From Haliotis cracherodii (lineage: Eukaryota), in assembly GCF_022045235.1 (NCBI RefSeq), contig NW_027266266.1, positions 37,014,001 through 37,078,000 on the forward strand: a stretch of DNA of 64,000 nt, in the 5' to 3' direction. This document shows, one piece after another, positions 39,216 through 53,450 of the stretch. The notes under the pieces are model-generated. The model ran no database searches, had not been told where the DNA came from, and saw only the letters and a program-made list of their open reading frames with translations. How positions within the stretch are numbered: position 1 is the stretch's first letter; every line of letters starts with the position of its first letter. A program made the translations under genes and the position numbers.

Positions 39216-42200
39216 CTACTAACCATCATCTTGAACTGCAAACCCAATGGGAACTAAAGGCCACGCAGTTACTAGACTCCATGAACTGTCGCCATCAGCG
39301 ATCCTGAGGATTATCTGACCATCAACCATATACAGGAAACTGCAAGAAGAAAAGAGTACTTGAATTGGGTTTGTAGACGCTTAGGACGGAGGCCTGAGAA
39401 AAACAAATTGGCAGTTATGCTTATTTAAATGAGGACGCTAGGTATTCTATAACGTTCATTTGTACATTTACAGTAGAAGGTCGAACCAAGAGCAAATATC
39501 TGAGGCTCCTTCCTGCCTGTCGTAAATAGTATATAAATGTCCCACCACGGCTCCGTGTGAGGTCTTGTGTGAGGCTGACATCATGCGGAAACGATAAGAA
39601 AGCACATGTCAAACTAGTTGCCATGGAAACACACATTCAAAGATAAAAGTGATTGTGAGAATCAGTTCTTGGATTCAAGGATAATTTCCTAATGTACGTT
39701 ATCTACATACCCTCCAGATAGGTAGAGCTGTCCAGTGGTACCACCATACGGGAAGACCAGCCTGATATCCGGAAAGCCGGTCCTGTTGAAGGCATAAACC
39801 CCATTCAGTGAGGCGTTGGTAAATGTAATGGCGACATACACTTCATCCGTTGGCTCAAAGTAAGCAATGCCAGTTCCAACAGCTGACGCTGTTAATGGCG
39901 CATCTGTCAACAAAAACGTACAGACCTGTTACATGTCATGCACTCGCTATATACAAAGGAGACAAAATTTATTTGGTTTCAAAACAGCGTCGGTGCGGTT
40001 AAGTAGGTTCCTGGTTAAACTATTTACTCCTCGTGATATTGCTAGACTGTTGATAAAGATGGCGACAAGTCACACTACACTCAGGAAGAAGGAGAACATT
40101 ATTGTTGTTGGAAGCTACAGTATAAAGTTAACTCATTACTTATTCAATATCATTGAAGGTAGGACCCAGGAGACAATGATATATTGCAACGAACTGTCGT
40201 ATATAAATATACGACACCTACAAGCATCCCAACATTCAACAACACTCAACATCAGCACCCCACCCCATCTTACATAACTTACACACGCAACACCACCCAA
40301 ATCCACCCGACACAGCCCAAACCACCTCACACAACCTACACACGCAACACCACCCAATTCCACCTGACACACCCCAACCCACCTCACACAACCTTCACAC
40401 GGAACACCACCAAACTCCACCTGACACACCCCAACCCACCTTACACAACCTACACACGCAACACCACCCAATTCCACCTGACACAGCCCAACCCACCTTA
40501 CCACACCACACCACCCTACACGTCCCGTCACCACCCTAAACCACCTACACACCACCACACCCCAGTCTACACATTATTACGCAATCAATGGTTAGATGAA
40601 TTGGGTTTTAAGGTCGCGATCAAGATCATTGCACTTTTCCAGCGACGTACATGCATGTATGTTTTGGGGTGCTTGTACTAGTGCTAACCACTGAAATACA
40701 TCGACGCAGTTTATCATAAATACCCCACTCAGTCTTCTGACGCCTAGCCGACCAGTATTGGTTTTATTTCCTTAAAGTTAGGCAGGGCCACACGTATTAT
40801 CTTTTAATGTCTTATGATATGATGTGACCAGGGATCAAACGACAAACCTTCCGCTCTCCGGACAGGAGCTATAACCACTAAATCTAGGAGGCGAACGACA
40901 ATCATTGTGATTATGGACTGAATAGAGACATGTTCACACATTGATATCAGAGGCTGAAAAAATTGGAAGTTGTTCTAAACTTACCAGTGGCGCCACCCAG
41001 TCGAACATCCGGCCCACCGGGAACAATTCGACATCCGACTACAAACGGATCGTTCCCAAAATAGTCAAGCTCATACGAGCTTTCATTGAACGGCCCAAAC
41101 GTATAATCAACAATAGTCGTAGATTCCTGGGTGTTATTTTGACTTCCACCAGACTCGACGACAGTCGAATTACACAGGTCTATCAACACTGCACCTTGAA
41201 AAAAGAAATTGGAAAAACAAATAAACAATGTGTACACAATATAGAATTTGCATGTTCTCGAACCAAAAATGCATTTATCATATAAAAAAAGTACACGTGA
41301 TCCGAGGGACGTGTGCAAATGACCTTGTCCTTTGATATGCTGACTGTAGTTCATTATCTAAGAAATAAACGACGAGTGGTTGCTGTTTATCGTACAATAA
41401 AACACTGCAGACTAGGGTCAGTGCTTTCCTATACTCAGGGTAAAGCCTACACATTGCCTCTCCGTACTCAAGTGTGAGTGAGTGAGTGAGTGAGTGAGTA
41501 TGGTTTTACGCCGCTTTAGCAATATTCCAGCAATATCACGGCGGGGGACACCACAAATGGGCTTCACACATTGTACCCGTCGGGAATCGAACCCGGGTCT
41601 TCGGCGTGACGAGCGAACGCTTTAACCACTAGGCTACCCGACCGCCCCCCGTACTCAAGATGATCAGGTCCTGCCAATTATATTTAGATGGGAGCACAGA
41701 TGCCCGAGAGGTTTACGTACGGCGACGCAATTTACTCTTTTCGATTCCCGACATTGGTACAATGTGTGAAGCCCCTTTGTGGTGTCCCTCCGCCGTGATA
41801 TGGCTGGAATATTGCGGGGTAAAAGCTCACTCACTCACTCCAGCTGATAGTCATGGATTTGGTCAAATCAACATTTGGTGAGTGGTTTTATCTTGTCTTT
41901 CTGACTATATGGTAGAAAGTGTTATTGACCTGAAAATACATACCTCCTAAGGGGCATCCTGTTGTGGCGTCGAGGGATTGGGCAGAGGCGAGTAAGGCAT
42001 TCAAGCCATTTCGTAGGACTGCAATCTTCGTTTGAAAGCATTCCACATCTTGAATTGTTTCGGTTCCATTCAGCGCTACATCATCTGCAAGAATATTGAT
42101 AATTATGAGTGAGTGAGTCTGGACCCGACAAACCTGCGTTTGATATCATGATCAGCGATCCCCGACGTCGGATTACGTTGACGTGCAATAAACAAAATGT

Positions 42201-45200
42201 TTTTCTTAAACAAATACATAAAGGTATATCGACAAGCATCATGACACATGATTCAACACATCTTAACTTATTTCAACTAATTTGTGGCGTTACTAAAATA
42301 TTTCGCATATGGGCGAGAATATTTTCCTTTGCTCAAAACTCATGTTATTCTTTGGCAAATACATAAAGGTTTATCTACAAGCATCATGATACATAATTCA
42401 ACTCAGTTAAACTTAATTCAACTAATTTGTGGCGTTATCAAAATATTTCGCCCATGTTTTGGTCAGTCCCTTTGAAGCATCAACTAATTGTGTGCAAAGT
42501 ATATTATATCATGTGAAATATACTTTATATAATATCATCACATTACTATTTAAAATGGGCCTTTGGTTAAAGTTTGGTTGAAGGTTTTTTATAGAAGTTT
42601 TACAAATAAGATCTTTGGTACATATTGTAACGATCTTTAATGAACCTCACCTCTCAAAAAATAATGTTATAGTTTATCATACGTATTTATGGGACTGTAC
42701 TCCAATTCATTGGCGTTATTTTCTACAACATTCAAGTTTAGTTAGTTTCTTATTTTTCGTTACGTTTCCCATATCATATCTCGTAGTTACATTTCTTTTT
42801 GTTTTTAATGGGGAAAAAAACCCGATTTGTCTTTCATTGCATAACGTCTGGCTGAATATCTCACATTCTAACGAAATCTCGAAATAATTATTTTATTTTA
42901 TGCGGTATCGAACCGACCAATGGGAATTATGTTTGAAGCCGATCGAGGAAAACTTGAGTGAATATTGTGACACGAAAGCAACTTTTTAATGCGTTACCAC
43001 TTTGGTATGAAAAAAATGGGAACAGTCCAAAAAAAAACCCCAGCCTTCTTATGATAATTTCCATATTCTCATTAGTACATTGTATCTAATTACAGTGTCG
43101 GCCTTATTTACAGGTGAGTCTACAATACCTGCTCTCGTTCAATTACAATCTGCCACACCACGCTTGAATAAACAGTTATGTAGGTGTTGCTGTGGGCAAA
43201 TACCTGTATATGTATATTTTTTCGTGTATACATGTATTACATATTTTCGTTAATTGTGGATGTGTTAAGCACAAAGACAAAAAATAATAATGAAAGATGA
43301 ATTGGTGCCTTGATATATTCAACATAAACAAATACTGCATTTTCTTCGCGATCCTGGTGTGTAGCATCGTTTAATAGGCCATTCAATAAAAGTATGTTTG
43401 GAGGCGATATCATAGGCGCGCCTAATAGACACAGTGTCGTCCGTTTCGCGTGAACTACCACCCCACCCTGTCAGTAAGAGTTTTGTAATCGGTACACAAA
43501 TATTTTTTAGGCGATGTCAGCGTGGAAGGAGTCTCAATTACGTCCGCCACTGGCCACAGAAATCTTCAAAATATAGTAACAGTCAACAAGGCCAATGCCG
43601 TTCCAATAATAACAGTAAGTAAGTTAACTGGAAAATGAACTGGATGTTGCCGAGTGCGGCGTTAAACAACAAACCAACCAACCAACTCTACTCTTTTATG
43701 CGTGTTTATGTTGCTCAATCATTTTGCTTACTGCTCATCTAATACACAAGAGATAACACCAAGACATGTTTTATTCGGTTATATTGTCTATACGGTCTTA
43801 AAATTGATTTTATTAGTCTCCAAATCGTATGTCCAGTGCATAGTTTCACAAACAGGATATAAGGAATTAAACATCCAGTTCATTTTCCAATTAACTTACT
43901 GTTATTTTAATCAAATAAGAATACTGTTTTCGATATACGTCAGTCTGTTAACGATGTTTTAACAATCAATATTTTGAAAAAGCCAATTATACGCCAGGTG
44001 TGACAGGGATGATGGTATGGTAGCTGTAGCAGACATATTGACAGCCGTTGTTACGTGCGTCACTCGGTTATTTGAACGGCATAGGCCTTGTTGATTGCTA
44101 CTGATTTCTGTGGCCAGAAACTACTTCCAAACTGACACCGCATCACAGTTATTTGTGTCGCGATAACATAACTCTTACTGACAGGGCTGGGTGGTAGTTC
44201 ACGCGAAACGTACGGCACTGTGTCCAGTGGGCGGCGCTTTTGATATCGCCTCCAAACAAACTTTTATAGAATGGCCCATTAAACGATGATACACATCAGG
44301 ATCGCGGAGAAAATACAAGATTCGCTCATGTTGAATATACGATAAACCTTTTGTGTTTTTGTGCTTAATAAATCCACAATTAACGAAAATATGTAATACA
44401 TCTATAAAAATATATATACAGGCTAGGTTTTTGGGGACACCAACACATACATAACTGTTTATTGAAGCGTGGTGTGGCAGATTGTAATTGAACGAGAGCA
44501 GGTATTGTAGACGCAAGTGTAAATAAGGCCGACACCTTTAATTAGATACAACATTCTAATGAGAATATTTGAATTATCAGAATATGAGATATTCAGCCAG
44601 ACGTTATGCAATAAAAGACGAATCGGTTTTTTTCCCCCATTAAAATATGCGCACGTGTACCTGTATATCGTACACCCAGTGTCACTTAATTGCCCAGTTT
44701 CATTAATGGAACGTATATTGAACGCAAAATCCACTAGCGTAGGCCGTTAACATTTTACTACAATACACAAGACCCAATATGCAGCTTGCCGGGTTCTTCC
44801 GCTCTGTGGACTCGTCTTTGTAAGTCATCATATAGTAACACATTGATATGTAACAACGAGACATACAATGGGAAATGAGAAAGAAAACTAACTTAACTTT
44901 AGTGTTATGGAAAATAACGCAAACGTTGAGTACACACGTATGATAAACTATAAATATTTATATTTATAAATATAGAGGTGAGGCCAGGTTCATTAAAGAT
45001 CGTTACAATATGTACTAAAGATCTAATCTGAAAATCTTCTATAAAGGTAACACCCAACCAAAGGCCCATTTTAAATAGTAATATAATGATAAAAGTATGA
45101 TATTTCACATCATACAATATACTTTGCACACAATTAGTTAATGCTTGAAAGGGACTGACCAAAACATGGGCGAAATTTTAATAACGCCATAAATTAGTTG

Positions 45201-48200
45201 AATTAATTTAGAATGAGTTGAATCATGTGTAATGATGCTTGTAGACGAACCCTTATGTATTTATTAAAAGAAAAACATGAGTTTTGAGCAAAGGAAAACA
45301 TTCTGGGTTTCCAGAATTAAAATGGGACGTGTTATAGGTATATAGGCAATTAATATTTTTTTATGAACACATTCAGATGCAATTTCATGTTTAGGTTTAT
45401 GATCAATTTACATGAACTAAAACAAAACAAATATATTTTATGTGGCAGAAGGGATTGTTGCAAGTATATTTGTAATGATGGGGAGTGGCAGCAAATGATG
45501 GAAGAGCTGAGAAAACGTCGAGTGCTGTCGGCGGCAGCTGTGAGTGGAAATTAGAGTTACTTGCCCTAGTTGTTGACAACAACGTCTACCTGTATTTCCG
45601 TTTCTCACTGAGTGAGTGAGTATGGTTTTACGCCGCTTTTAGAAACATTCCAACAAAATCACGACGGGGGACAACAGAAATGGGCTTCACACATTGTACC
45701 CATGTCGGGAATCGAACCCGGGTTTCGACGTGAAGAGCGAACGCTTTAACCACTAGGCTACCCGACCGCCCCTCTGTTTCTCAGCTTTCACCGGTCAGCA
45801 TCCGCGTGTTTAATTACAGGACGGAGTCTGACGCGGTGCTCGTGGCTCCTACCAGAAGCTGAATTCTACCGTTCTGCGCATGCGCATGCCTTGCTCAAAT
45901 TTGTCGTGCACGCGATTGTGCGGATTGTTTTCAGCACGAACTTGTTCTAACACATCGCAAATGCTGCAAGCTGGCACACGCATTTCTCATTGAACAACGC
46001 AAAGATAACGGGGATAATTTTAGTAAAATGAATAGGAAAAGGGCAAGACTTAGGTAAGGCTAATGTATAGAAAAAGGATATTACTTTCGGAGTCAATTAT
46101 AACCAAAACATACGCAAACTAATATCAAACTGCCACTGAATAACTTGCCGGCTTTCACGACTTATCTTTGTAGAAGGTGGCCACATGGTATATAATGACA
46201 GAGAACTTATACATATATTACTTTGTGATATTACCTACAAATGAGAAAACTACGTTTTTTTATATTATTTAGTTTCTTCCGCTCTCGTTTTGATGTGACC
46301 TGAGTACATTTACTCGGGATTCCCCTTCCTCAAGTGTACACGACGCTTACATAACATCGTATACATTGATATGTGTAATATTATAATGTTGTCTACTATG
46401 TTCTGTTATTGTAAACAGATTCTTTGCCACACTCGACCCGTGAAGATCCGGGGTAGAATAGGTCTTCAGATCAGCAACCCATGCTTACCGTAAAAGGCGA
46501 TTATGCTTGTCGTAAGGGGCGACTAACGGGATCGGGTGATCAGGCTCGCAGACTTGGTTGATGCATGTTCGGCAAGGGACTTTTATAGTCAGTTAACGCC
46601 CATGCCCAGGAAAATGGAATAATACACAAACATTAATCTGACTGCGGCGTATTGGACAATAATATACAGTCCCCGGTGCTCAGGTCTGTTGTATATATGT
46701 TCTATATTATTGATAGTGAGGAACACGCTACTCTACAGAGCTAAGAAACTTTGTGGATATATAGAGGATATTTCATGTGTCGAGTGAAATATCATGTTTC
46801 TCTCACCGAGTGACGGGGGGAAAGGAGATATTTTCACGAGTGGCGTAGCCGTCATGAAATATCCTATTTATTATTTACTTTTGGTGTAGTTGTCTGCAGG
46901 AAGATTAAAATATTTCATTACAAATGTAAAACCTTCAGGCGTAAATTCTCCCTACATAACACACATGGACGGTTTACGACAAAAAATGTAGTTCCGTCTT
47001 TGCTAAATCTTAAAAAATATAAACAAAAGTAACCAAATATATTTGATATCACTAACATTCTTTAGTATACATTTGGATATGATTATATACAAAATCAACT
47101 TCATCAAAAAATAAATTTCAAATCAATGAGACGGTTGTTCGAAGCGAAAGAATACACGCAATTCAAGTAACAAAATGGCGCTTTGCGAAACGTAAAGTAT
47201 CGACTGACAAATCAGAACAGAAATTCACAGTTTAATACAAATCATTTTCAACACAATATCAAACGGTAAGAATCGGTATTAACTACATAAATGACCATCT
47301 GTCATTATAAGACTTGTCAACGTTAAACTGACGTAAATCAACAGTTTGTGTACGAGCTGTCTCGTGTAGGCCAACATAGTTCCGTCAACGTGTTATGTTC
47401 ACTGCAGTGAAATATCAAGTGTTATGTTCACTGCAATGAAAATATCACTTTTCTCAACTTCAGAAAACTCAGTCTTTCACACTTAAGTATATAATAAATG
47501 TTAAGCGCCAAGACATCTGAAAACTGTAACTGTTTTAAATGGTTTAATAAGTACAAATGTATGAGTTTATTGTACGTTTTGATTTTCATATCATTTCAAG
47601 AGACACAAGCTCACATAAAGCTGTAGTTATCATGTCACTGTTTTTTTAATTTTTTTATTTAACATATTTTATTGTCCCAAAAGACAAAGGGATTGGACTG
47701 TTTTCTTTACAAATATATTATGTATTCATCAATGACAATTGAAATGAACATTCAATTCCCCATACAAGCAAGTGAGTGAGATAGTTTTACAACACAATCA
47801 ACCAAAGACCAACGCTTTCCTGTTTGATGACACACAGTCTACCTGGTCGAACTGTTGTTCATCCGATGGTCGCTATTAATAGATAAGGTGTGACTTACAA
47901 GCCACATTCGTGACTATGGCCCAATGTACAACGTGTATAGCAGATACAAGTATTTAATTTTGTGGCCCATACCACCCCTATTATGCCTCAAAGTGAGACT
48001 GACCAATCAGAGAGCAGAACTACTGATCCCACATGAGCCCGTATACCGTCAGTAAAAGTCCAAGGGGGCTGTTACTGACCTAATATGAGACCGTATACCG
48101 TCAGTAACAGCCATTTTGGATTTTCCAACACCCACCTCACATATTTCACATAAAAAATCTGGAACAGAAATTCGTTATTCGACACTGTTTAAGTGTTTAA

Positions 48201-50276
48201 TATCATTAATTTTGATGTGCAAGGACGTAATATTTTTTGGGATCACGTTTGTAACTTTAATAAAGATTATATAAAGTTACAATTATCAACAAGGTTTGGC
48301 CTCTGAGGTTTGAAGAGTAGTCTCCCTTTGACCCTTAACGTCGTAGGTTGTAAGTGTTAAGTTTTCATTTTGACATGACATGTGCGACAAAGATACCAAA
48401 TATTTCGTTATGGTGTCTTTAGTTGCCGTATACGGTGTCATATTAGGTTAGCAGAAAAATATGACACCGTATACGTCAACTAAAGACACCATAACTTATA
48501 CTCTCGCATCAAAACTACACGCAAAGCAGTTAAATGCAACTTTTTGTACCCAAAATGTGACTCGGAAAGTGCTTCAACAATATCTGAACAAACACTTAAC
48601 ATCCGACAGAGTAAAGAACAAAGAATTAAATCTTGAGCAAATCGTATTTTAATATTACAAACCGCAAGCAACGTAGACACGAATCATGGAATGTTTACTG
48701 TTATAACATACACCGTCACTGAGGAAATATTTCATATCATTTAACATGAAGAGCTAAAACTTCAGTATGAATATGTTTTCTTCCTTGAAGTCGAAGAATG
48801 CTTGATTCTGATTGGTTAAAAAGAGGTTTCCATTTTCCTTTAGGTATTAAGCCTTTTCACACACAAAAAAACGTGCGTATGAATACATCCATTGGCTACA
48901 TATCGTCCATAAGAAAATGGCTGCATTCGGTAGGGTGGTGTGTTGCCACCGTGCAATCATTAACAGAATAGACGCCGGGCCTCTAATAGACGGTGGGTGA
49001 ATAGCTCACGCGAAATTAATAGATGACCGGGCGTCTAATAGAGGAAACACGCAACATTTGATACGTGTTTTGGGCGACTACTCTGGCTGAATGATGAAAT
49101 GACAACACTTAACGCAGGCGCCTCCGGTAGAAAAAATAGCCAAAAACACGAATATAGGTCACGGAGAAACGAACTGAGCATAAATTCTTAAAAACATTGA
49201 CATTTTTCAAATTTTCCTGAAAATAATCGGCCTAGCAAGAACAAATTCGCAAATTTAAAAACAAAATTAATTGAAATAACGAGAAATTAATCGACATTAC
49301 GAGATAGAACTCGAAATTTCGATAACTGTTTATTGATATTCGAAATTCCTGGAAAAGTTGAAACATGAATACCATATGAAAATTTTGAATTTAACAACCA
49401 GAAAAGTACTCGAAATTTCGATTAAAAATGAAATTATGCTACCAAGGTGGCAACATCAGGCCTTACTAGTAAAGCGCTATTTCAATTGAGGTACATGTTG
49501 ATAGAGCGTTTATATGTAGCTCCTATTAGAAACAGACAATTATGTAATGTTTGGGCGATCAATATCAGCACGGGTAGTAAGAAATTAGAGTTACGCGCAG
49601 CTACCTTTCCCGTGGCAATGACTTCCAAACAAGGTTTTACATTTTCAAACCCCGATCGCCAAGGGTTTACATCTCCAAGCATAACCCACAAGAAGTTTTT
49701 TATCTACCACGTAAAAACATGGGGAAACGGACAATTATTGTATTGGAGTCTGTATTGAACAGAACCAGAGCGAAGTAAATTTCGCACGTACAAAAGCTAT
49801 TTCATTTATAAACATAGAAACCAATTACTATTTTATGAAATCATTGATATGCGATTCATAATTTAAGTTTATGATCAAGTTCCATGAACCAAAAAACATA
49901 TTTTATTGCATGTTCAAAATATTAATGAATAAAGTTTCCAAAACATTACTTCCGAAAATCGTCCTTCTGTGCACAAGGCCTCAGCGGCCGAATTGTTACA
50001 GGAGAAAAAAATATGTTTGTAAGGAACTTTGTCAGCGGAGGTACAGGTTAACAAACTGCCTTATAAAACCTTTAAAGAAACGATTCAATGAAATGGGTGG
50101 TCAGGCTTGATGATTTGGTGTATAGCGTATCATCTCTGCCCGACGGCCTGCATAGATGCTCAAAATATCAATCAATGGATTGTCTGTTACAGACTCGGTT
50201 ATTTAAGGCCGCCGTCACGTAGCCGGAATACTGTTCAGTGGGGTGTTAAAGAAACACACAAACACAAACACAAAAA

Positions 50277-50317
<41 letters not shown>

Positions 50318-50506
50318 ACGTATATTATATTCCTTACCAAAACAGGGACACTGATCGCCGACGACGTTCGATATGCTGCTAACTTCGGATTGAACGTTTT
50401 CGAGAACTTCAAGGAAAGCTGCAAATTTGTCTTCTAGGGTTTCTGATGCTGACGGAACGATGATGGCTAGTAAGAGACACGGGAACAATTTGGAGACGAA
50501 CATCAT
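37244..50506 (-). CDS. Secreted coiled-coil + beta-propeller-like protein, copy 2 (~362 aa)
   Basis: Phase-compatible GT-AG exons 50506-50338 (signal + amphipathic helix + CPC), 42084-41944 (DDVALNGTETIQDVECFQTKIAVLRNGLNALLASAQSLDATTGCPLG), 41194-40985, 39903-39711, 39339-39224, 38909-38759, 38112-38005, split stop into exon at 37244; polyA signal 37177-37182; no in-frame stops. Confidence 0.78.
40590..40895 (-). mobile_element. Old family D (Meta-like) SINE, absent from the left arm
   Basis: Degenerate match to 60034-60402. Confidence 0.65.
41473..41648 (-). mobile_element. Young tRNA-Asp-like SINE family C with TSD
   Basis: TSD ccgtactcaag on both sides; intact A/B boxes; (ctca)n tail. 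Confidence 0.92.
42190..45300. repeat. ~3.1-kb degenerate fold-back (long inverted arms)
   Basis: ~42190-43620 is colinear reverse complement of ~44040-45300 (e.g. 42450/45170, 42830/44620, 43100/44530, 43440/44210). Confidence 0.85.
45609..45772 (-). mobile_element. Family C SINE
   Basis: Same consensus as 41473. Confidence 0.9.
46435..46568 (+). mobile_element. Family B SINE 5' half
   Basis: gacccgtgaagatccggggtagaataggtcttcag... Confidence 0.85.
46757..47497. mobile_element. Possible non-autonomous Crypton-like element
   Basis: Start tatatagaggatatttcatg..., internal ttttcacgagtggcgtagcc, end ..tatataataaa; resembles invertebrate non-autonomous Crypton-type repeats from memory, not verified. 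Confidence 0.4.
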
Positions 50507-50699
50507 CTTGATTCTTGAAACTGCTACTGACAAGAAACAGACAGTTACCCGAATTTATACTGATGATCGATAACCTTCGTTAGATTTCTCGGTCGCTCAA
50601 TGGATTTCGTGAAACAGACGTTTCAAGTATTTTTTTTCATTTACTCTGTTCTTTTTTTTTGATGGATGTCATGTACATGATTCAATAACTGTGGCTTAA

Positions 50700-51060
50700 C
50701 ATATATATAACGGACCATCTCTGTGAGGAATTGACCTTTTTCATTGAAAGTTTAACGTCATTAGGACAAAAACATTAACTCAAGTATGCAATGATTTTTA
50801 TTATGTAGAAAAGCGAATTACACAATTACAAATAAATAAAAGCGACAAAACCTTTTGTACGATTCCGACTATATCATGAGCGTATGTGTATAATTCACTA
50901 CCAAAAAGTGATGACACTGGTGTTCTTGAAAGGTGAGCGTATCCTGCCCCATCGGTGGTACCCATCACAAACACACGCAAAGGCAGGTCAATTGTTCCTG
51001 AAGAAAAAACATGGGAAATATCGGGGTCGGGGTCAGTTTTAAAGAAATATGCCGGAGCCA
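50700..51060 (-). mobile_element. 3' end of a retroposon (CR1-like) with structured motif; partial second copy ~54255-54390
   Basis: gggtaccaccgatggggcaggatacgctcacct..gaacacc motif also at 31489-31548; shared atgtagaaaagcgaattaca block. Confidence 0.5.
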
Positions 51061-51219
51061 CAAATACTGTAGTGTTACCTGGTCAATTTGAGTTATGTCA
51101 TGACCGGTTGTCCATCCGTTCAAACATAAATTTATATAAAAAACACTTATTCAGACTATTCATATCTACTGTTTGTTATTTTTATTCCCATCCCTGGAAA
51201 AAGTTGTTTAAGAAAGTAT

Positions 51220-51720
51220 GATGTTGTTATGTGTACAAGTTGACATCTAGAATAGACGCGGGGCACAACGGTAGGAGGAACAGCATAGACATTGTAACGA
51301 ATGTTGTATTTGGGATAAAAACTTTCTCCGTAAAGTACAGATTCATTTTGGGTTGAGTCCCATGCAGGATTCGAACCCACACTGCCAGTTTGAGGCACCA
51401 AATCGCCAGCACACAAAGTCAGCGATCTAACCCACTCAGCCACTGAGGCTTCCACAATAATGGAAGTCTGACAACTGGTAATCTAGATCACATACTTTGT
51501 GTACCCCTCTTACAAGTGTAAAGTGGCATGGTGCCTCACTCTGGCAGTGTGGGTTCGAATCCTTCATGGGACTCGACTCAAAATGTATATTATGAATGAA
51601 ATAACATTAATGTTAGAAGTGTAAGAACATATTCCTACACCGTTATCAAGCTTGACAATGGTATAAGAATCTTCATCAAAACGTCGCTATATGCAAAATA
51701 GAAGAAGTGGTTATCCAGAA
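51220..51720. mobile_element. Two divergent copies of a tRNA-headed element (family E)
   Basis: Minus copy from ~51452 (A box AGTGGCTGAGTGGGT, B box GGGTTCGAATCC); plus copy from ~51528 shares tggtgcctca..ctggcagtgtgggttcgaatcct.catgggactc.ac.caaaatg. Confidence 0.7.
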
Positions 51721-53279
51721 ACTTCTAGAAGGCCTAACGAGATCGGGTGGTCAGTCTCATTGACTTGGTTGATGCATGTCATCAATCCCAATTGCATGGA
51801 TCGATGCTCATGATGTCATTCACTGGATTGTCAGACTCGACTATTTACAGACCGGCGTCATTTAGCTTGAATATTGCTGAGAGCGGAGTTAAACAACAAA
51901 CCAACAGAACCAATCAAACAGTCTCATACTTTATTAATTTCTATTACATTGAATCATACAATCATAAATTTTCAATCCATTGTCCTCTGCCACGAAGTTC
52001 GACGGGATATTGGAATGGGTGCTGTCTGTCCGTCCATCTGTTCGTTCATCCTTCACATTTTGTTCCTGGGGCATGACTCGGAAACCATTCCATATGTTAT
52101 TATGAAACCTTGCATAGGAAGCAAACACATACTGAACTGGTGCCTTTTGCTTTTTCCCTTGGCAACAAGTTGCTCTGACCCAAATACATCTTACTTTCAG
52201 TATCAGAGCATAATTTACAATAGGGTTTCTTGATCACATGTCAATGATATTTTTCAAATATCATCCTTGAAACTTTATACCCATATTAACAGAGTACTGA
52301 AATTGTCAAGTGGTCCCCGAACCACCTACTTCCTCGGGGTGGGTTTCATAATTGTTTTAGTGTTTGCAATTGGGCCATTCACATGTGCGTCGTTTCACAC
52401 AACGTACCAGTGTGTTCATTTGTGCATCGGGCCATGATTATGTTATACTTAATAGATACCGTTATGAGTGCAACCGGATTTCATCTGGTGCAGCAATGAT
52501 TTTTTGTCAACCTGCACATAGTGCATACTATATATATATATACACACAAACACACACCGCCAATAGAAACGTGAACCAGAGAAGTATGTACACTAAGAAG
52601 AGATGTTTCCAATGTGTTCCAATTAATGAGAAAACTAACAGTCATGTGTCAACACAGCGTCTTTATTCTTCTCACGATATGCTGCAGGTGATGTCCAAAT
52701 TTAACAGGCTTATCCTGCACTAGACAAACGTGTATCTCGAGTCATGGATCTATGACGTTTCATGTGATGCGTTCATGTGCGTCGTTTCACACAGCATACA
52801 AGTGTGCATCGGACCAATGTAAAAACATGAAACTTGTAAGAACATCTGTATGTATTTGCGAAACAAAAACACGAGTTTTGAGCAAAGGAAAATATTCTCG
52901 CCCATGGGCGAAATTTTTCAATATCGCTATAAAATCGTTGAATTAAGTTAATATGTCTTAAATTTTGTGTAATGATACTTGAAAGAAATACATTTATGTA
53001 TTTGTGAAACAAAAACATGAGTTTTAAGTAAAAGGTAGTGTAGTGTAAATATTGAGTTTTTGAACAATTTTTTTTTTCATTTTTTTCTTTCTTAGTATGT
53101 TGCCATGAAAACAGCATGTTTAATTTGGTAAAAACCTTTGACCGAGACCGGGCAAAGACGGTAGAGTTTCTGGACTATTGGGTTTCCAGAATTTAAATGG
53201 GACGTGTTGTATAATGATCCGCCTAGACAAAACATAGACCTTAAAAGGCTGTTAACAGATGCAACGGTTGATCATAATA

Positions 53280-53450
53280 TGAGTGAGTGAGTGAGTTGGG
53301 CTTAACGCCGCCTTTAACAGTATTCCAGTTATTTCACGGTGTGTCAGCTTAATGTGGGAGGAAAGCCCGAAGTGATGCAGGTCTCAGACGTTTACCAGTT
53401 GGGTGAAACCCACGAGCAGGGGTATGGTGCTGACAAACCTAGACACATAA
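53280..53450 (-). mobile_element. Family A SINE, 5' truncated
   Basis: Match to 2340-2510. Confidence 0.88.

Larger units (their letters stand above)
34451..41433 (-). repeat. Right arm of large inverted duplication
   Basis: Reverse complement of 21617-~28080. Confidence 0.95.

Noticed and set aside
41575-41648. tRNA-Asp gene (and other tRNA-like heads at ~2520-2621, ~51360-51452, ~60034-60105)
   Set aside because: No proper acceptor stem; continuous with SINE bodies, tails and TSDs
50560-50625. CTGATGA...GAAAC hammerhead candidate
   Set aside because: No helix II closing pair and no convincing helix I
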